64,000 bases of DNA from Candidatus Kapaibacterium sp. (GTDB lineage: Bacteria; Bacteroidota; Ignavibacteria; Kapaibacteriales; UBA2268), in NCBI GenBank assembly GCA_937927515.1, contig CALBDO010000003.1, positions 1,066-65,065 on the forward strand, read 5' to 3'. Position numbers and translations under genes: made by a program. This document shows, one piece after another, positions 22,574 through 33,304 of this stretch. Each line of letters opens with the position of its first letter. Within the stretch, counting starts at the first letter, position 1. The notes under the pieces are model-generated. The model had not been told where the DNA came from, made no database searches, and saw only the letters and a list, made by a program, of their open reading frames with translations.

Positions 22574-23659
22574 ATGAATAGAGCAATTAATTTTTCTCCT
22601 GGTCCAGCGGTTCTTCCTATTGAAGTACTAGAAGCTACAAGTAAAGCGGTGATGGATTTTAACAATACGGGCATATCAATTATGGAAATTAGTCATCGCT
22701 CGAAAGACTTCGACGTTTTAATTAAAGAAACACAGCAGTTAACACTCCAAATCATGGGTTTATCGCCAGATGAATATTCAGTGTTGTTTCTTGGTGGTGG
22801 AGCTAGTTTACAATTTTTGATGCTGCCAATGAACTTCCTTCGCACTCAGGCAGATTACGTAATCACTGGCTCTTGGTCGAAGAAAGCATTAAAAGAAGCT
22901 CAGTGGGTCGGCAAAGCTAACGTCATCGCTAGTAGTGAAGAAGCAAAATTTACCTATATACCCAAGGATTTTACGATTACACCCGATGCTGACTATCTTC
23001 ACATAACAACAAACAATACCATCTATGGAACTCAATGGAAAAAAATTCCAGAAACAAATGGTATTCCATTGGTTGCAGATATGTCAAGCGATTTTCTTGG
23101 AATTCCAAGAGACTTTTCAAAATTTCATCTCATCTACGCTGGTGCCCAAAAAAATGTTGGCCCTGCTGGAGTAACAATTGTTGTCGTTAACAAAAAATGG
23201 GCAGAAGAAAAAGGAAATCCAAATGCTCCAACAATGCTAAACTATATGACACACATAAAAAATGAGTCACTTTTCAATACCCCACCATGTATAAATATTT
23301 TTGTTGTAAATCAAACACTTAAATGGATTCAAAAGCAAGGAGGCGTCGAAGCCATATATCAAAATAATCTAAGAAAAGCACAATTACTGTATGATTATTT
23401 TGATGCAAATTCCGATTTCTGGATAACACCGGTCAAGAACAAAGAAGACCGCTCATTAATGAATGTAGTAGTGAATCTACCCAATCCCGAATTAGAGGCA
23501 AAATTCGTTGAAGAAGCAAAGAAAAAACATAATATGACTAATTTGAAAGGTCATAGAAGTGTCGGTGGTATAAGAGTTTCAATCTACAATGCCTGCCCCT
23601 TGGATTGGGTTGAAAAACTTCTGAAATTTATGGAAGAATTTACCAAGGAAAATAAATAA
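22574..23659 (+). CDS. serC: Phosphoserine aminotransferase
   Basis: NFSPGPAVLP, EISHRS, ADMSSD, YAGAQKNVGPAG and KGHRSVGG; start at 22574. Confidence 0.95.
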   Translation: MNRAINFSPGPAVLPIEVLEATSKAVMDFNNTGISIMEISHRSKDFDVLIKETQQLTLQIMGLSPDEYSVLFLGGGASLQFLMLPMNFLRTQADYVITGSWSKKALKEAQWVGKANVIASSEEAKFTYIPKDFTITPDADYLHITTNNTIYGTQWKKIPETNGIPLVADMSSDFLGIPRDFSKFHLIYAGAQKNVGPAGVTIVVVNKKWAEEKGNPNAPTMLNYMTHIKNESLFNTPPCINIFVVNQTLKWIQKQGGVEAIYQNNLRKAQLLYDYFDANSDFWITPVKNKEDRSLMNVVVNLPNPELEAKFVEEAKKKHNMTNLKGHRSVGGIRVSIYNACPLDWVEKLLKFMEEFTKENK

Positions 23660-23689
23660 TTCTCATTTAAATATTATTCCTTTTGTTAT

Positions 23690-23721
23690 AGCCCGCATAC
23701 TACTTGCGGGCTTTCTATTTT
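23690..23721 (+). terminator. Intrinsic terminator after serC
   Basis: AGCCCGCA-TACTACT-TGCGGGCT followed by a T-rich tail. Confidence 0.8.
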
Positions 23722-24054
23722 CAATTGACTTGTTAATAAATGACTTTAGACGGTATTTCGTAAACCTAAATAATTTTCTCCTAATAACTTGTTTAAAACT
23801 AATAGGTAATTTAATTCTAAAAATACACTAAAATTCATCCAAAAAATTTTTATAAAATAACTTAAACTTCATCCTTCATGTTAAATTCGAAAGTATAAGA
23901 TTGTAACGCCTGGATAAATCATATTTGGAATTTTTTAATTACTTAGATAATTTACCATTCGGACAATAGTTAAGGAACAATTGTCAAGCAGAAATATAAT
24001 TAAATGAATCATAAAGTTTATTATATTAGCATTTACATTAAATTAAAATACAAA

Positions 24055-24354
24055 ATGAGCAGAAATAAATTTTATTTATCTACCGAAGAGAAAGAAGAGA
24101 CTTTAACTATTGATTCCACTGGAGTTATTTTTCCAGCGCGGGTAATCTTATTTAACGATGATATTCATACCTTCGAAGAAGTTGCTTTGCAATTGGTAAA
24201 AGCAATACATTGTTCTTATGAAAGAGGAATGGAAATTGCATGGGAGGTCCATACAAAAGGAAAAGCCTCAGTTTATGAAGGCGACATTTCCGAATGCTTA
24301 CGAGTCAGTGCCATCCTCGAAGAAATAGCATTACATACACAAATCGAGACCTAA
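24055..24354 (+). CDS. clpS: ATP-dependent Clp protease adaptor ClpS
   Basis: VILFNDDIHTFEEV and EVHTKGKASV; likely start MSRNK at 24055. Confidence 0.85.
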   Translation: MSRNKFYLSTEEKEETLTIDSTGVIFPARVILFNDDIHTFEEVALQLVKAIHCSYERGMEIAWEVHTKGKASVYEGDISECLRVSAILEEIALHTQIET

Positions 24355-24356
24355 AT

Positions 24357-24854
24357 TTACTCGAATTCCAATTCTATGTGTATGACTTCACCACAGTTGC
24401 AGCGAACTTGTATTGCTGAAATTTCTCCCTTTTCATTGCGAAACACTTTTGGATACTCGGAGACCTCTTTAGAAGGAGATATAGAAAGCGATTTAATATT
24501 AATTTCATTAGACAAGTCCATTACCAACCCTTTTTGCCGTTTTTTAGAACCCGCAATTTTCTTCGAGATAAGAAAATCAACGAATTTTTGAGAGGGGGTA
24601 ATTTTACCCTCTTTTTTTAGTTCTTCATCAAAAAAATCTTTAAATTTTTTCGAAAGTTCAAATTTTTCGTTTCTTTTTAGAAAAAACAATTCCAAAATCT
24701 TTTCAATTTTTTGTTGTTCTTCTTGGGAGAGTTGTTCAGGAATAGAAAGTATTCTTTCAACAAAATCCGAAGATGTATCATCCTGTAAATGGGTGTAAAA
24801 CTCCTCTATCTTGTACTTTTTGGCTTGTTCTTTTGAAATAACATTCGATTTCAT
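24357..24854 (-). CDS. Hypothetical protein, last gene of the che operon
   Basis: 5-nt gap after cheB; C-terminal IQVRCNCGEVIHI possible metal site. Confidence 0.6.
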   Translation of the reverse strand: MKSNVISKEQAKKYKIEEFYTHLQDDTSSDFVERILSIPEQLSQEEQQKIEKILELFFLKRNEKFELSKKFKDFFDEELKKEGKITPSQKFVDFLISKKIAGSKKRQKGLVMDLSNEINIKSLSISPSKEVSEYPKVFRNEKGEISAIQVRCNCGEVIHIELEFE

Positions 24855-24859
24855 GATTT

Positions 24860-25963
24860 CTATTCAGAAAGTTCATTAATTACGTTTGCAATGTCCTTTA
24901 AAGGAACAATTTCATTTGCAATCTTTGCGTTTATGACTGAACTCGGCATTCCAGAAATCACACAGCTCTCGGGTGCTTGTGCAATTACATATCCCCCCTT
25001 TTCACTTACGAGCCGAAGCCCCTCGGTTCCGTCATTTCCCATTCCAGTCATTATTATCCCAACAGTATGAGAACCAAAAGTATCAGCAATGGACTTAAAC
25101 ATCACATCGGCAGATGGTTTGAATAAAGTATTTGGTTCGGAGGAAATAACGATTCTACCCTGTTTATTTATAGTCATCTGCATACCTCCGGGAGCAATAT
25201 ATGCCCAACCATTTTGTAAAATTTCGAAATTTTCTGCTTCTTTGACATTCACGGCGGAGAGAGAATCCAAACGGCTTGCGAGGGATTTAGTAAACAAAGG
25301 AGGCATATGTTGAACAATTAGAATTGGAAACGGTATATCTTTACGAAGTTTGTTAAAAACTTCTTGGAGAGATGCCGGTCCACCAGTTGAAATGCCAATT
25401 CCTAAGATATCTATTTCATCTTTTTTGGGTCTTTGCCGTTGGAGTATACTAGCTTGGTGTTGTTGCTCTTCAATTAAAGAAGATACATCTTTATGAGTAG
25501 AAACTTTTTGGCTTTCTTGCAACTTTTGAAGTAAGCGCTTACGAATTAATCGATTTTTAACATCTGAATTATTAGCAATGTTTCTAACCTTTGACAACAA
25601 TTCATCTTTTAGAGAACCCATCTCTGTGAAATTGCTCTTTTTTGTTACAAAATCCACTGCTCCCAAAGAAAGAGCTTCCAAAGTGGCATCAGCACCTTCC
25701 GAGGTTAAAGTGCTCACCATTAAAACTGGTGTTGGATTTGTTTTCATTATTTCTTGTAAAGCTTCGAGTCCATTCATAATCGGCATTTCGATATCCATAG
25801 TTATAACATCGGGGCTGTATTCTGCAGCGAGCTGAACAGCTTCTTTCCCATTTCGTGCTAGTCCAACTATTTCTATATCTGGTTGAGCGAAAATCTTTGC
25901 CAATGCTTGTCGCATAAATACTGAATCATCGACTATCAAAAGTTTTATCTTTTTCTCTTTCAT
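24860..25963 (-). CDS. cheB: Chemotaxis methylesterase CheB (receiver + esterase)
   Basis: REC domain plus ISTGGP, VQHMP and MTGMGNDG catalytic motifs. Confidence 0.95.
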   Translation of the reverse strand: MKEKKIKLLIVDDSVFMRQALAKIFAQPDIEIVGLARNGKEAVQLAAEYSPDVITMDIEMPIMNGLEALQEIMKTNPTPVLMVSTLTSEGADATLEALSLGAVDFVTKKSNFTEMGSLKDELLSKVRNIANNSDVKNRLIRKRLLQKLQESQKVSTHKDVSSLIEEQQHQASILQRQRPKKDEIDILGIGISTGGPASLQEVFNKLRKDIPFPILIVQHMPPLFTKSLASRLDSLSAVNVKEAENFEILQNGWAYIAPGGMQMTINKQGRIVISSEPNTLFKPSADVMFKSIADTFGSHTVGIIMTGMGNDGTEGLRLVSEKGGYVIAQAPESCVISGMPSSVINAKIANEIVPLKDIANVINELSE

Positions 25964-25973
25964 TGCTCTTTAA

Positions 25974-27926
25974 TTAATTTCTGCTATAAACCAATTCACC
26001 AACATCGATAATGATAACAACAGAACCATCACCTAAGATGGTCACTCCGGCAATACCTTTTATGTGACCAAGAAAGTCTCCCAAAGATTTTATTACAATC
26101 TCTTGCTGGCCAAGCAACTCGTCGACAACAAGACCTACGCGAAACTCTCCTATTCCAACAACAACTACATATTTATCTTCTAAAGATTCACCCACACCGT
26201 TGACGTCGAGCACGCGACTCAACCGAATCAACGGTAAAATATCCTGCCTTATTCTAATTACTTCCTTTTTATTTATTGTATTTACGCGCGTAATATCACA
26301 ATCAACAACCTCTAGCACACTAGCGAGAGGAATTGCATAAATTTCTGAATGTACTCTTACTAGCAAACCTTGAATTATTGCAAGTGTTAAAGGTAATTTA
26401 ATTATAAAGGTTGTGCCTATGCCTTTTTCCGACTCGATATCAATCATACCTTTTAATTTTAAAATATTAGTACGAACTACATCCATTCCAACACCACGAC
26501 CAGAAACATTAGAAATTACTTGTGCTGTGCTAAAGCCCGGGGCAAATATTAATTGAAATGCTTCTTTATCGGTCATTCGCTCAGCTTCTTCAGTTGTAAT
26601 TAAGCCCTTCTCAATGGCTTTAGTTTTCAATTTCTCCGGGTCCATCCCTTTACCGTCATCTGATATTCTAATAACAATGTTATTCCCTTCTTGTTCGGCT
26701 GCTAAGTATACCGTACCAACTTCTGGTTTGCCTAATTTTACTCTTTCCTCAGGAGTTTCTATACCATGGTCACAAGCATTCCTAAGCATATGTACCAACG
26801 GGTCGCTAAGTTCATCTATTATTCCTTTATCAATTTCTGTGTCCTCTCCTTCCATTATCAACTGAATTTTTTTCCCAAACTGTTTCGCTAAATCCCGTAT
26901 AATTCTTGGTGCTTTTTGAAAAAGCTTCCCAATTGGTATCATTCTCATTCTCATCACAGAGGCTTGAATTTCAGATGTAATAAAATCTATCTGGGACGTA
27001 GTCTCTTCCAACTCTTTCAAATTTTCTTTTGTTAATTCTCCAGATAGCAAATTTCTTGTAATTTGCTCCAAACGATTTCTGCCAAGAACTAATTCCCCAG
27101 ATAGATTCATCAAATTTTCCACTCTGGATACATCAATCCTTATTGTTTCAGCAGAAGAGATGGAAGAGGACACAGATTTTACCTGCTCCTTCTCTTTTGC
27201 TTTCGATACTTGTTCTACAACTTCCACTGGTTGTTTGGTTTCAAAAACAGTTTCCTCCTTCCCGGTAGTCACAGCGACATTAGCATTTGAATCTTCTAAT
27301 TTTTCTAATGAACCCATTTTAAAGGACTTTGCTTCAGACATGACGCTTTTGTTAACTTCTTCAAATGCAGCATTTATCAATTCCAATTCTTCTGGCGTGA
27401 AATCTCCAGGTTTCGACAAAATATCTGGTGCAAGATTTAGAACCTGTTCGACTTTTGAACCCCCTTTTTCAGTGCCCGATGATTCTTCCGAAGCGCTAGC
27501 CAAGACTTGTGCACTGAACGTTTCTAATGTTCCACCAGATTTCAAAATATTTATCTTTTCAACAGTTGCAGAATATTCTACATCCGAGATATCTTCCCCG
27601 TTCTTTACCCTCTGTATCATCAACATAAGATAATCATACACTTCGAGTAAAACATCGATGATTTGCTGGTTTGCTTTTAATTCAAATCTTCGCAATTTGT
27701 TTAGAATATCTTCGGCATGATGAGTAAGAGTAGCAATTTTTTCGAATCCCATAAAGGAGGAAGTTCCTTTGATTGTGTGAAAAGCACGAAAAATTCTATT
27801 TAATAGTTCTTCATCCTCGGGGGTTTCTTCAATTAACATCAAATCTTGCGACAAATTCTCAAGTAGTTCAGTCGATTCTACAATAAAGGCTTCGAAAATT
27901 TCTTGCATTTCAGGGTCATTAAACAT
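25974..27926 (-). CDS. cheA: Chemotaxis histidine kinase CheA
   Basis: Hpt IFRAFHTIKG, HMLRNACDHGIE, DDGKG, SGRGVGMDVV and a C-terminal CheW-like P5 domain. Confidence 0.96.
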   Translation of the reverse strand: MFNDPEMQEIFEAFIVESTELLENLSQDLMLIEETPEDEELLNRIFRAFHTIKGTSSFMGFEKIATLTHHAEDILNKLRRFELKANQQIIDVLLEVYDYLMLMIQRVKNGEDISDVEYSATVEKINILKSGGTLETFSAQVLASASEESSGTEKGGSKVEQVLNLAPDILSKPGDFTPEELELINAAFEEVNKSVMSEAKSFKMGSLEKLEDSNANVAVTTGKEETVFETKQPVEVVEQVSKAKEKEQVKSVSSSISSAETIRIDVSRVENLMNLSGELVLGRNRLEQITRNLLSGELTKENLKELEETTSQIDFITSEIQASVMRMRMIPIGKLFQKAPRIIRDLAKQFGKKIQLIMEGEDTEIDKGIIDELSDPLVHMLRNACDHGIETPEERVKLGKPEVGTVYLAAEQEGNNIVIRISDDGKGMDPEKLKTKAIEKGLITTEEAERMTDKEAFQLIFAPGFSTAQVISNVSGRGVGMDVVRTNILKLKGMIDIESEKGIGTTFIIKLPLTLAIIQGLLVRVHSEIYAIPLASVLEVVDCDITRVNTINKKEVIRIRQDILPLIRLSRVLDVNGVGESLEDKYVVVVGIGEFRVGLVVDELLGQQEIVIKSLGDFLGHIKGIAGVTILGDGSVVIIIDVGELVYSRN

Positions 27927-27949
27927 TTCTTCTCCAACAAATTAAACTT

Positions 27950-28840
27950 CTAAGATTGATTGAATAATGCATCAATATCTTGTTGAGAAATGGTACTAGA
28001 TTGTTCTAAATTATTATCTACAGGAAAATCTTCACTTTTATCGACTTCTAAATTATTTGAAAAATCATCTGAATGTTCTTGAAATATCCTATCTATATCT
28101 TCTTGTTTTGTAGAATTACCAACAAGTGTTTCCACAGCGTCGGGGTCGAAAGCTATTTCACGGTGTAATTTTGTAACATTGATAATATCAGAGCTATCTT
28201 TTGTAATTTGCTCAACTCCAGAAGAACTGAACTTCTTTAAAAGAGCATTTAGTCGATTCTGAACAGTCTCTAAAAGATAATTTATTGCAGCAATTTGCTG
28301 GGAGGTAATATCTTGCACTTGAAGGGCGAGCATAATCGAAGTTGAATCTACTCGAATGTTTTCCAACAATTCTTTAATTTCTATGAATTCGAAGTCAATT
28401 GAAAATACTTTTTTAAAACCATTGAACTGGCGCAACGCTTCGTTAGCAAATTCATCTAACGAAATTTTGCCACTATCTTTTTTTTCGATTAACATTGTAA
28501 ATTCATTAAGGAAATTATTGGTGGTGCTGAAAAGCTGCTGTAACTTTTCATTTTTGGTTGACAAAATATCCAATTTATAAAACACACCATCAATAATATC
28601 AAGAATCTCATTGGTTGCAAGTTCGGTAGCTTCGGTTACTTTAGAAAGTTGTTTAGACAGATTAGGCATTTTAGATAAATTCTCTTGAATCGATTGGTTT
28701 ATTTCATTCAATAACGGTTGTATTTCACCAACAAATGAAAATAATTCCTCGAGAAATGGAACAACTCTTTGACCTAGAATAAACAAAGCTTTCAATTCTT
28801 CAGCTTTACGTAATAGGCTCTGAATGTCCAGTTCTTTCAT
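27950..28840 (-). CDS. cheZ: CheZ-like phosphatase
   Basis: ATELAT..ILD, LQVQDITSQQI (D-x3-Q active site) and C-terminal SQQDIDALF CheY-binding peptide. Confidence 0.75.
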   Translation of the reverse strand: MKELDIQSLLRKAEELKALFILGQRVVPFLEELFSFVGEIQPLLNEINQSIQENLSKMPNLSKQLSKVTEATELATNEILDIIDGVFYKLDILSTKNEKLQQLFSTTNNFLNEFTMLIEKKDSGKISLDEFANEALRQFNGFKKVFSIDFEFIEIKELLENIRVDSTSIMLALQVQDITSQQIAAINYLLETVQNRLNALLKKFSSSGVEQITKDSSDIINVTKLHREIAFDPDAVETLVGNSTKQEDIDRIFQEHSDDFSNNLEVDKSEDFPVDNNLEQSSTISQQDIDALFNQS

Positions 28841-28850
28841 TTTTCCCCCA

Positions 28851-29225
28851 CTATTTTTCGTTTGTTTTAAGTATTGCTAAAATTTTCTCTTTTAAAACCT
28901 GAGGTGTAAAAGGCTTAACCACATAATTGTTGACCTTTGCTTGCAAAGCTTGCAAAATATCTTCTTTCATACCACGGGTTGTTACCATCAAGATAGGCAA
29001 GTTTTTCCATTGTTCTGATGCTCTCAGTGCCTTGGTTAGGTCCAATCCACTCATATTGGGCATATTCCAATCAGTGATTACAAAATCAATCTTATGCTGT
29101 TGCAATTTGGTCAAAGCATCTTGCCCATCTTCGGCTTCGACAATATCTTCAATTCCAAATGACTTTAAAGCATTAATAACTATTCTTCGCATCGTTGGCG
29201 AGTCGTCCACAACCAAAAATTTCAT
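28851..29225 (-). CDS. cheY: Chemotaxis response regulator CheY
   Basis: LVVDDSPTMRRI, TDWNMPNM and VKPFT. Confidence 0.9.
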   Translation of the reverse strand: MKFLVVDDSPTMRRIVINALKSFGIEDIVEAEDGQDALTKLQQHKIDFVITDWNMPNMSGLDLTKALRASEQWKNLPILMVTTRGMKEDILQALQAKVNNYVVKPFTPQVLKEKILAILKTNEK

Positions 29226-29249
29226 AGGTTCCCTCCAGATATAAAAGAA

Positions 29250-29627
29250 TTAATCTTTAGCTGTACCTAAGTATTTAGAAATCTCATATTGAATTCTTTT
29301 GGCATTAAAAGGCTTAATTAAATAGGAATCGGCACCAGCCTCGAAACCTTTTTTAATATCTTCTTCTTTACCTAAAGACGAAAGAATGATAATTGGCAGT
29401 TCTTTATACTCGGGATTCTCACGAATCGATTTAATCAGTTCAAAACCATCAACATTTGGCATATTTAAATCAGTAACCAACAAATCAATTTTCTGTAATG
29501 GAAGCTTTTCGAGTGCATCCATTCCATCGACTGCGGTTATTACCTCGAAACCAGCAAGTTTTAAAGACATCGCTATAAATCTTCTAATTGTTTCGGAATC
29601 CTCTACAACCAATATTGTTTTTGGCAT
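29250..29627 (-). CDS. Single-domain response regulator (CheY-like)
   Basis: VEDS, TDLNMP and IKPF. Confidence 0.88.
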   Translation of the reverse strand: MPKTILVVEDSETIRRFIAMSLKLAGFEVITAVDGMDALEKLPLQKIDLLVTDLNMPNVDGFELIKSIRENPEYKELPIIILSSLGKEEDIKKGFEAGADSYLIKPFNAKRIQYEISKYLGTAKD

Positions 29628-29644
29628 ACATCTATATCCTTTTG

Positions 29645-30511
29645 TTATTCCTTTTTATAAGCAATTGCCTTTGGTAGATGCACCAATTTAAAAGCTTTTG
29701 AAATACCATGTAGAGACTCTGAATATCCAATGAACAAATATCCACCGGGATTCAAAGCATCATAAAGGTAAGAAACCACTTTTTGTTTAGCAGGTATGTC
29801 GAAATAAATCAGAACATTAGCGCAGAAAATCACATCACAATTGCTCACCATTCGAACTTGGTTTGCATCAAATAGGTTAATATTTGAGAATCGAACAAGT
29901 CTCTTTACTTCATCTTTTAAAAAATAAGCCCCATCCTTGACAATAAAGTATTTCTTTAAATAATACTCTGGCATGTTTCTTACTGAATATTCCTTGTAAA
30001 CCCCACTTTTTGCAACTTCTAATACCTGGGTACTAATATCACTTCCAAGAATTTGGAATTGACAATTGGGAAAAATAGGTTTAATTTTTTCAAGAATTAT
30101 CATCGCAATGGTATAGGGTTCTTCACCAGTCGAACAAGCTGCACTCCAAATTCGTATCACAACAGAGGGGGAATCTTTGCTTTTGTCTTTTATTAACTCG
30201 GGAATGATAATTTTTTCCAATGCTTCAAATTGTTGCTCAGCACGGAAAAAATATGTTTCGTTGATTGTAATTGCATCAAATAAATTTCTTAATTCTCCTT
30301 TGTTACCTGGATTTTTTATGTAGTTTACATAATCATAAAGGGAGTTAAGTTTAAGTGATTGAATCCTTTTTAAGATTCTACTTTCAAGCAAATATTTTTT
30401 GCTTTCACTGTAGTATATCCCACTTGTTTTGTAAATTACATCGCGTAATTCTTTAAACCCTTCGTCAGTTAAAGTGTACTTTGTATCAACAGACTGTTCC
30501 ATAAAAAACAA
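29645..30511 (-). CDS. cheR: Chemotaxis methyltransferase CheR
   Basis: TINETYFFR, WSAACSTGEEPY, IFCANVLIYFD and GYSESL. Confidence 0.94.
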   Translation of the reverse strand: MFFMEQSVDTKYTLTDEGFKELRDVIYKTSGIYYSESKKYLLESRILKRIQSLKLNSLYDYVNYIKNPGNKGELRNLFDAITINETYFFRAEQQFEALEKIIIPELIKDKSKDSPSVVIRIWSAACSTGEEPYTIAMIILEKIKPIFPNCQFQILGSDISTQVLEVAKSGVYKEYSVRNMPEYYLKKYFIVKDGAYFLKDEVKRLVRFSNINLFDANQVRMVSNCDVIFCANVLIYFDIPAKQKVVSYLYDALNPGGYLFIGYSESLHGISKAFKLVHLPKAIAYKKE

Positions 30512-30535
30512 AGATAATTATAATATTTCAAAAAA

Positions 30536-31816
30536 TCAAAAAAGTTCATATTTTGAAGCAATGTCTTCTATCTTGGCTTTTCTAAAATAGCTCGATGAGT
30601 CGTAAATCCCTTTTGCTATGGTTTTAAAATTGACAGGTTCTCTATATGCAAACCAATCACAAAAATCAAACAAAACTGTTTCTGGCAGCTCCTCGGATAA
30701 ATTCAATATCAAACTAATCAAAAGAACTTTCTTATCTTCGCTCATTACATCCCATTCACGGAAAAAGAATTCTATTAGTGCACTAAAAATTTCCCCGTTG
30801 TCCTTTTGATAGGTCAACTTTTCTATAAAATCTGAAAAGACATCGACACTAGAATTATGTATTATATTACTAAAAATCATTTCCATATTCTCTGAATCAA
30901 AGCGAATTAATTCATAAATTAAGCTATCCACATCCAGAATATCATATGAATCTCCCAAAGCTAACAAAGCGGCTTTTCTTATTTCAATATCATTTTCTTT
31001 CAAAGCGTCGCGGGCAATTTGTCTCATTTCATCAGGTAATTTTCTACTTAAATGAGTTTTTCTACAAATATTACAGATGGCTTTCAAGAAATATGGCTGA
31101 ACTTGCTTTGGAACATTTGGGAGTTTAGCCAACAAAGTATCAAACAATTCTTCACTAGATTCCAAATAACTCACAGAGTCGATTGCAGCTAATTGCAAAA
31201 GGAGTTCATCACTATTATTAATCACATCGAGAATAAATTCTCTGGCGTTTTCACCCCCTATTTTACCTAACGAATTCAAAACAAATGGCTTATATTCATC
31301 GTCTTCCATATATTTCGATATTAATTCATTAACAACTTCGTTGACTTTGATATTTCCCAAAGCGATAATTGCAGAAATAACCACATTTTTATTGCTGTCA
31401 TTCAACAAATTTCGTACAATATTCCAATCCTTCTTACTAGCAATATTACCCCAAATATCCAACGCAAATTGCCTTACATCTGCTATCGGATGGTGCAAAT
31501 ATGGCTTTAAATAATCATAGCAGACATCTCCATATTTCGACAAAATGTCTGAAGCAATGTTTCGATATTCTATGTTATCACTTTCTATCAATTTCACCAA
31601 ATAAGCCGATGCTAATTCTCTAAACTCATCTGGTAAACTCTTAAGACAATCAATCGCAAGGCTTTGAACACCCCGATTACTCGATGTAACCAAGTCTACA
31701 ACAAGTTTAACTATGCTAGAATCGTAAGTTTTATAGTCAAATAAAAAGTATAGAGCATCCTTTACTTGCCCTATATCATTGCTTTCTAAATATTCTTTGA
31801 TTTCTTTTGGTTCCAT
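30536..31816 (-). CDS. HEAT-repeat protein
   Basis: Repeated L-x-D/H-x3-VR-x2-A-x2-ALG helical pattern; lies immediately upstream of cheR. Confidence 0.8.
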   Translation of the reverse strand: MEPKEIKEYLESNDIGQVKDALYFLFDYKTYDSSIVKLVVDLVTSSNRGVQSLAIDCLKSLPDEFRELASAYLVKLIESDNIEYRNIASDILSKYGDVCYDYLKPYLHHPIADVRQFALDIWGNIASKKDWNIVRNLLNDSNKNVVISAIIALGNIKVNEVVNELISKYMEDDEYKPFVLNSLGKIGGENAREFILDVINNSDELLLQLAAIDSVSYLESSEELFDTLLAKLPNVPKQVQPYFLKAICNICRKTHLSRKLPDEMRQIARDALKENDIEIRKAALLALGDSYDILDVDSLIYELIRFDSENMEMIFSNIIHNSSVDVFSDFIEKLTYQKDNGEIFSALIEFFFREWDVMSEDKKVLLISLILNLSEELPETVLFDFCDWFAYREPVNFKTIAKGIYDSSSYFRKAKIEDIASKYELF

Positions 31817-31827
31817 AAATTTTATAA

Positions 31828-33255
31828 TTAATTAACAACTTTTCCTGAAATGTTAATACCCAACTGTTCTATGCGATAGCGGAGTTTTGCTCTCGAGATT
31901 CCAAGCACTTTTGCAGCTTTTATTTGATTCCCATTGACTAACCTTAATGTTTGAATAATTAAATCCCGCACTACGTTGTTCATTGTTGCACCTGTCTTAG
32001 AAATAATCAATTTATGTTCACCAGGTTTCAACTCTGGTTGGATAAACTCTGAAGATATTGCTTGTAATTGTTGGTCACCTACTTTGAGAAAGCTTAGTGA
32101 CTCTTTAGTGATAATATCCTCGGCTTCAAGCAATACTACTCTTTCGATAACATTTCTAAGTTCGCGAATATTTCCTTTCCATTGATAAGTTTTTAGAATT
32201 TGAACGGCTTCGGGGGTAAAACCAGATACATTCTTCCCAAATTTTTTATTGAACTCTTTTACAAATGCTGAGGCAAGCAACATAATATCCTCGCCTCGCT
32301 CCCGTAATGGTGGCAGTTCCAATCTTGCAACATCTAATCTATAAAACAAATCCTCACGAAATTTGCCTTGGGATACTAAATCTTCTAATACCTTATTAGT
32401 AGACGCTATTATTCTAACATCAACAGAGATTTCTTTTGTTCCCCCCAATCTAAAAAATCTTCTCTCTTGCAAAACTCGCAATAATTTTACCTGCAATTCA
32501 AGACTCAATTCTGAAATCTCGTCGAGAAAAATTGTACCGTGGTTTGCAAGTTCAAATCTTCCTTGCTTAAATTTTTCAGTAGCACCAGTATATGCACCTT
32601 TTTCGTATCCAAAAAACTCTGATTCGGCAAGGTCTTTTGGTATTGCACCACAGTTAATGGCTATAAAAGGACCTTTGGCACGGGGAGAATTCTTGTGTAT
32701 ATACTTTGCAAGCAACTCCTTACCAGTCCCCGTCTCACCAACAATTAATACAGTTGAATCTGTAGCCGCAACAATTTTCGCAAGACTAAGAACCTTTTTC
32801 AGTTGCTCGCAATTCCCAATTATTTCGCTTGGCTGTTCTTCTTTTAATTTATCAGTTAAGATTTCAACTTGCCTTCGCAAATCGTAGTTTTGCAAAGCTT
32901 TATCTACTGCTACTTCGAGCTGTTCGAGGTCTATTGGCTTAACAATAAAATCTTCTGCACCCAGTTTCATTGCTCGAACAGCCATTTTAATATCAGAAGT
33001 AGCTGTCATTATAATTACCGGGACAGTATACCCTTGATTTCTTAACTGTTCAAGGATTTCCAACCCATTATGTGGACCAAGAAAAATATCAAGCAAAATT
33101 AAGTCTGGAGCAATCAAGTTAATATCATTAATCGCTTCTAAAGCATTTAAATAAGAGAAAACACGGGTATATTTGCTGGTTAATGCATCCTTTATGGCTT
33201 TGTTCACTAAAGGGTCGTCTTCTACAATTAAAACGGTATAATTCTGTAAACCCAT
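31828..33255 (-). CDS. Sigma54-dependent response regulator (NtrC/AtoC family)
   Basis: REC domain, GETGTGKE, ESEFFGYEKGAYTGA, FLDEI, FREDLFYRL, WKGNIREL and Fis-type HTH. Confidence 0.93.
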   Translation of the reverse strand: MGLQNYTVLIVEDDPLVNKAIKDALTSKYTRVFSYLNALEAINDINLIAPDLILLDIFLGPHNGLEILEQLRNQGYTVPVIIMTATSDIKMAVRAMKLGAEDFIVKPIDLEQLEVAVDKALQNYDLRRQVEILTDKLKEEQPSEIIGNCEQLKKVLSLAKIVAATDSTVLIVGETGTGKELLAKYIHKNSPRAKGPFIAINCGAIPKDLAESEFFGYEKGAYTGATEKFKQGRFELANHGTIFLDEISELSLELQVKLLRVLQERRFFRLGGTKEISVDVRIIASTNKVLEDLVSQGKFREDLFYRLDVARLELPPLRERGEDIMLLASAFVKEFNKKFGKNVSGFTPEAVQILKTYQWKGNIRELRNVIERVVLLEAEDIITKESLSFLKVGDQQLQAISSEFIQPELKPGEHKLIISKTGATMNNVVRDLIIQTLRLVNGNQIKAAKVLGISRAKLRYRIEQLGINISGKVVN

Positions 33256-33304
33256 CTTAAATCAAATTTTTAAATATCTCAAAAATAAAAACTTTTTTTC
33301 AAAT

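Noticed and set aside
31828-33255. GAYTGA instead of GAFTGA as a sign of a sigma54-independent regulator
   Set aside because: Tyr is a known natural variant at this position and the other AAA+ motifs are intact.
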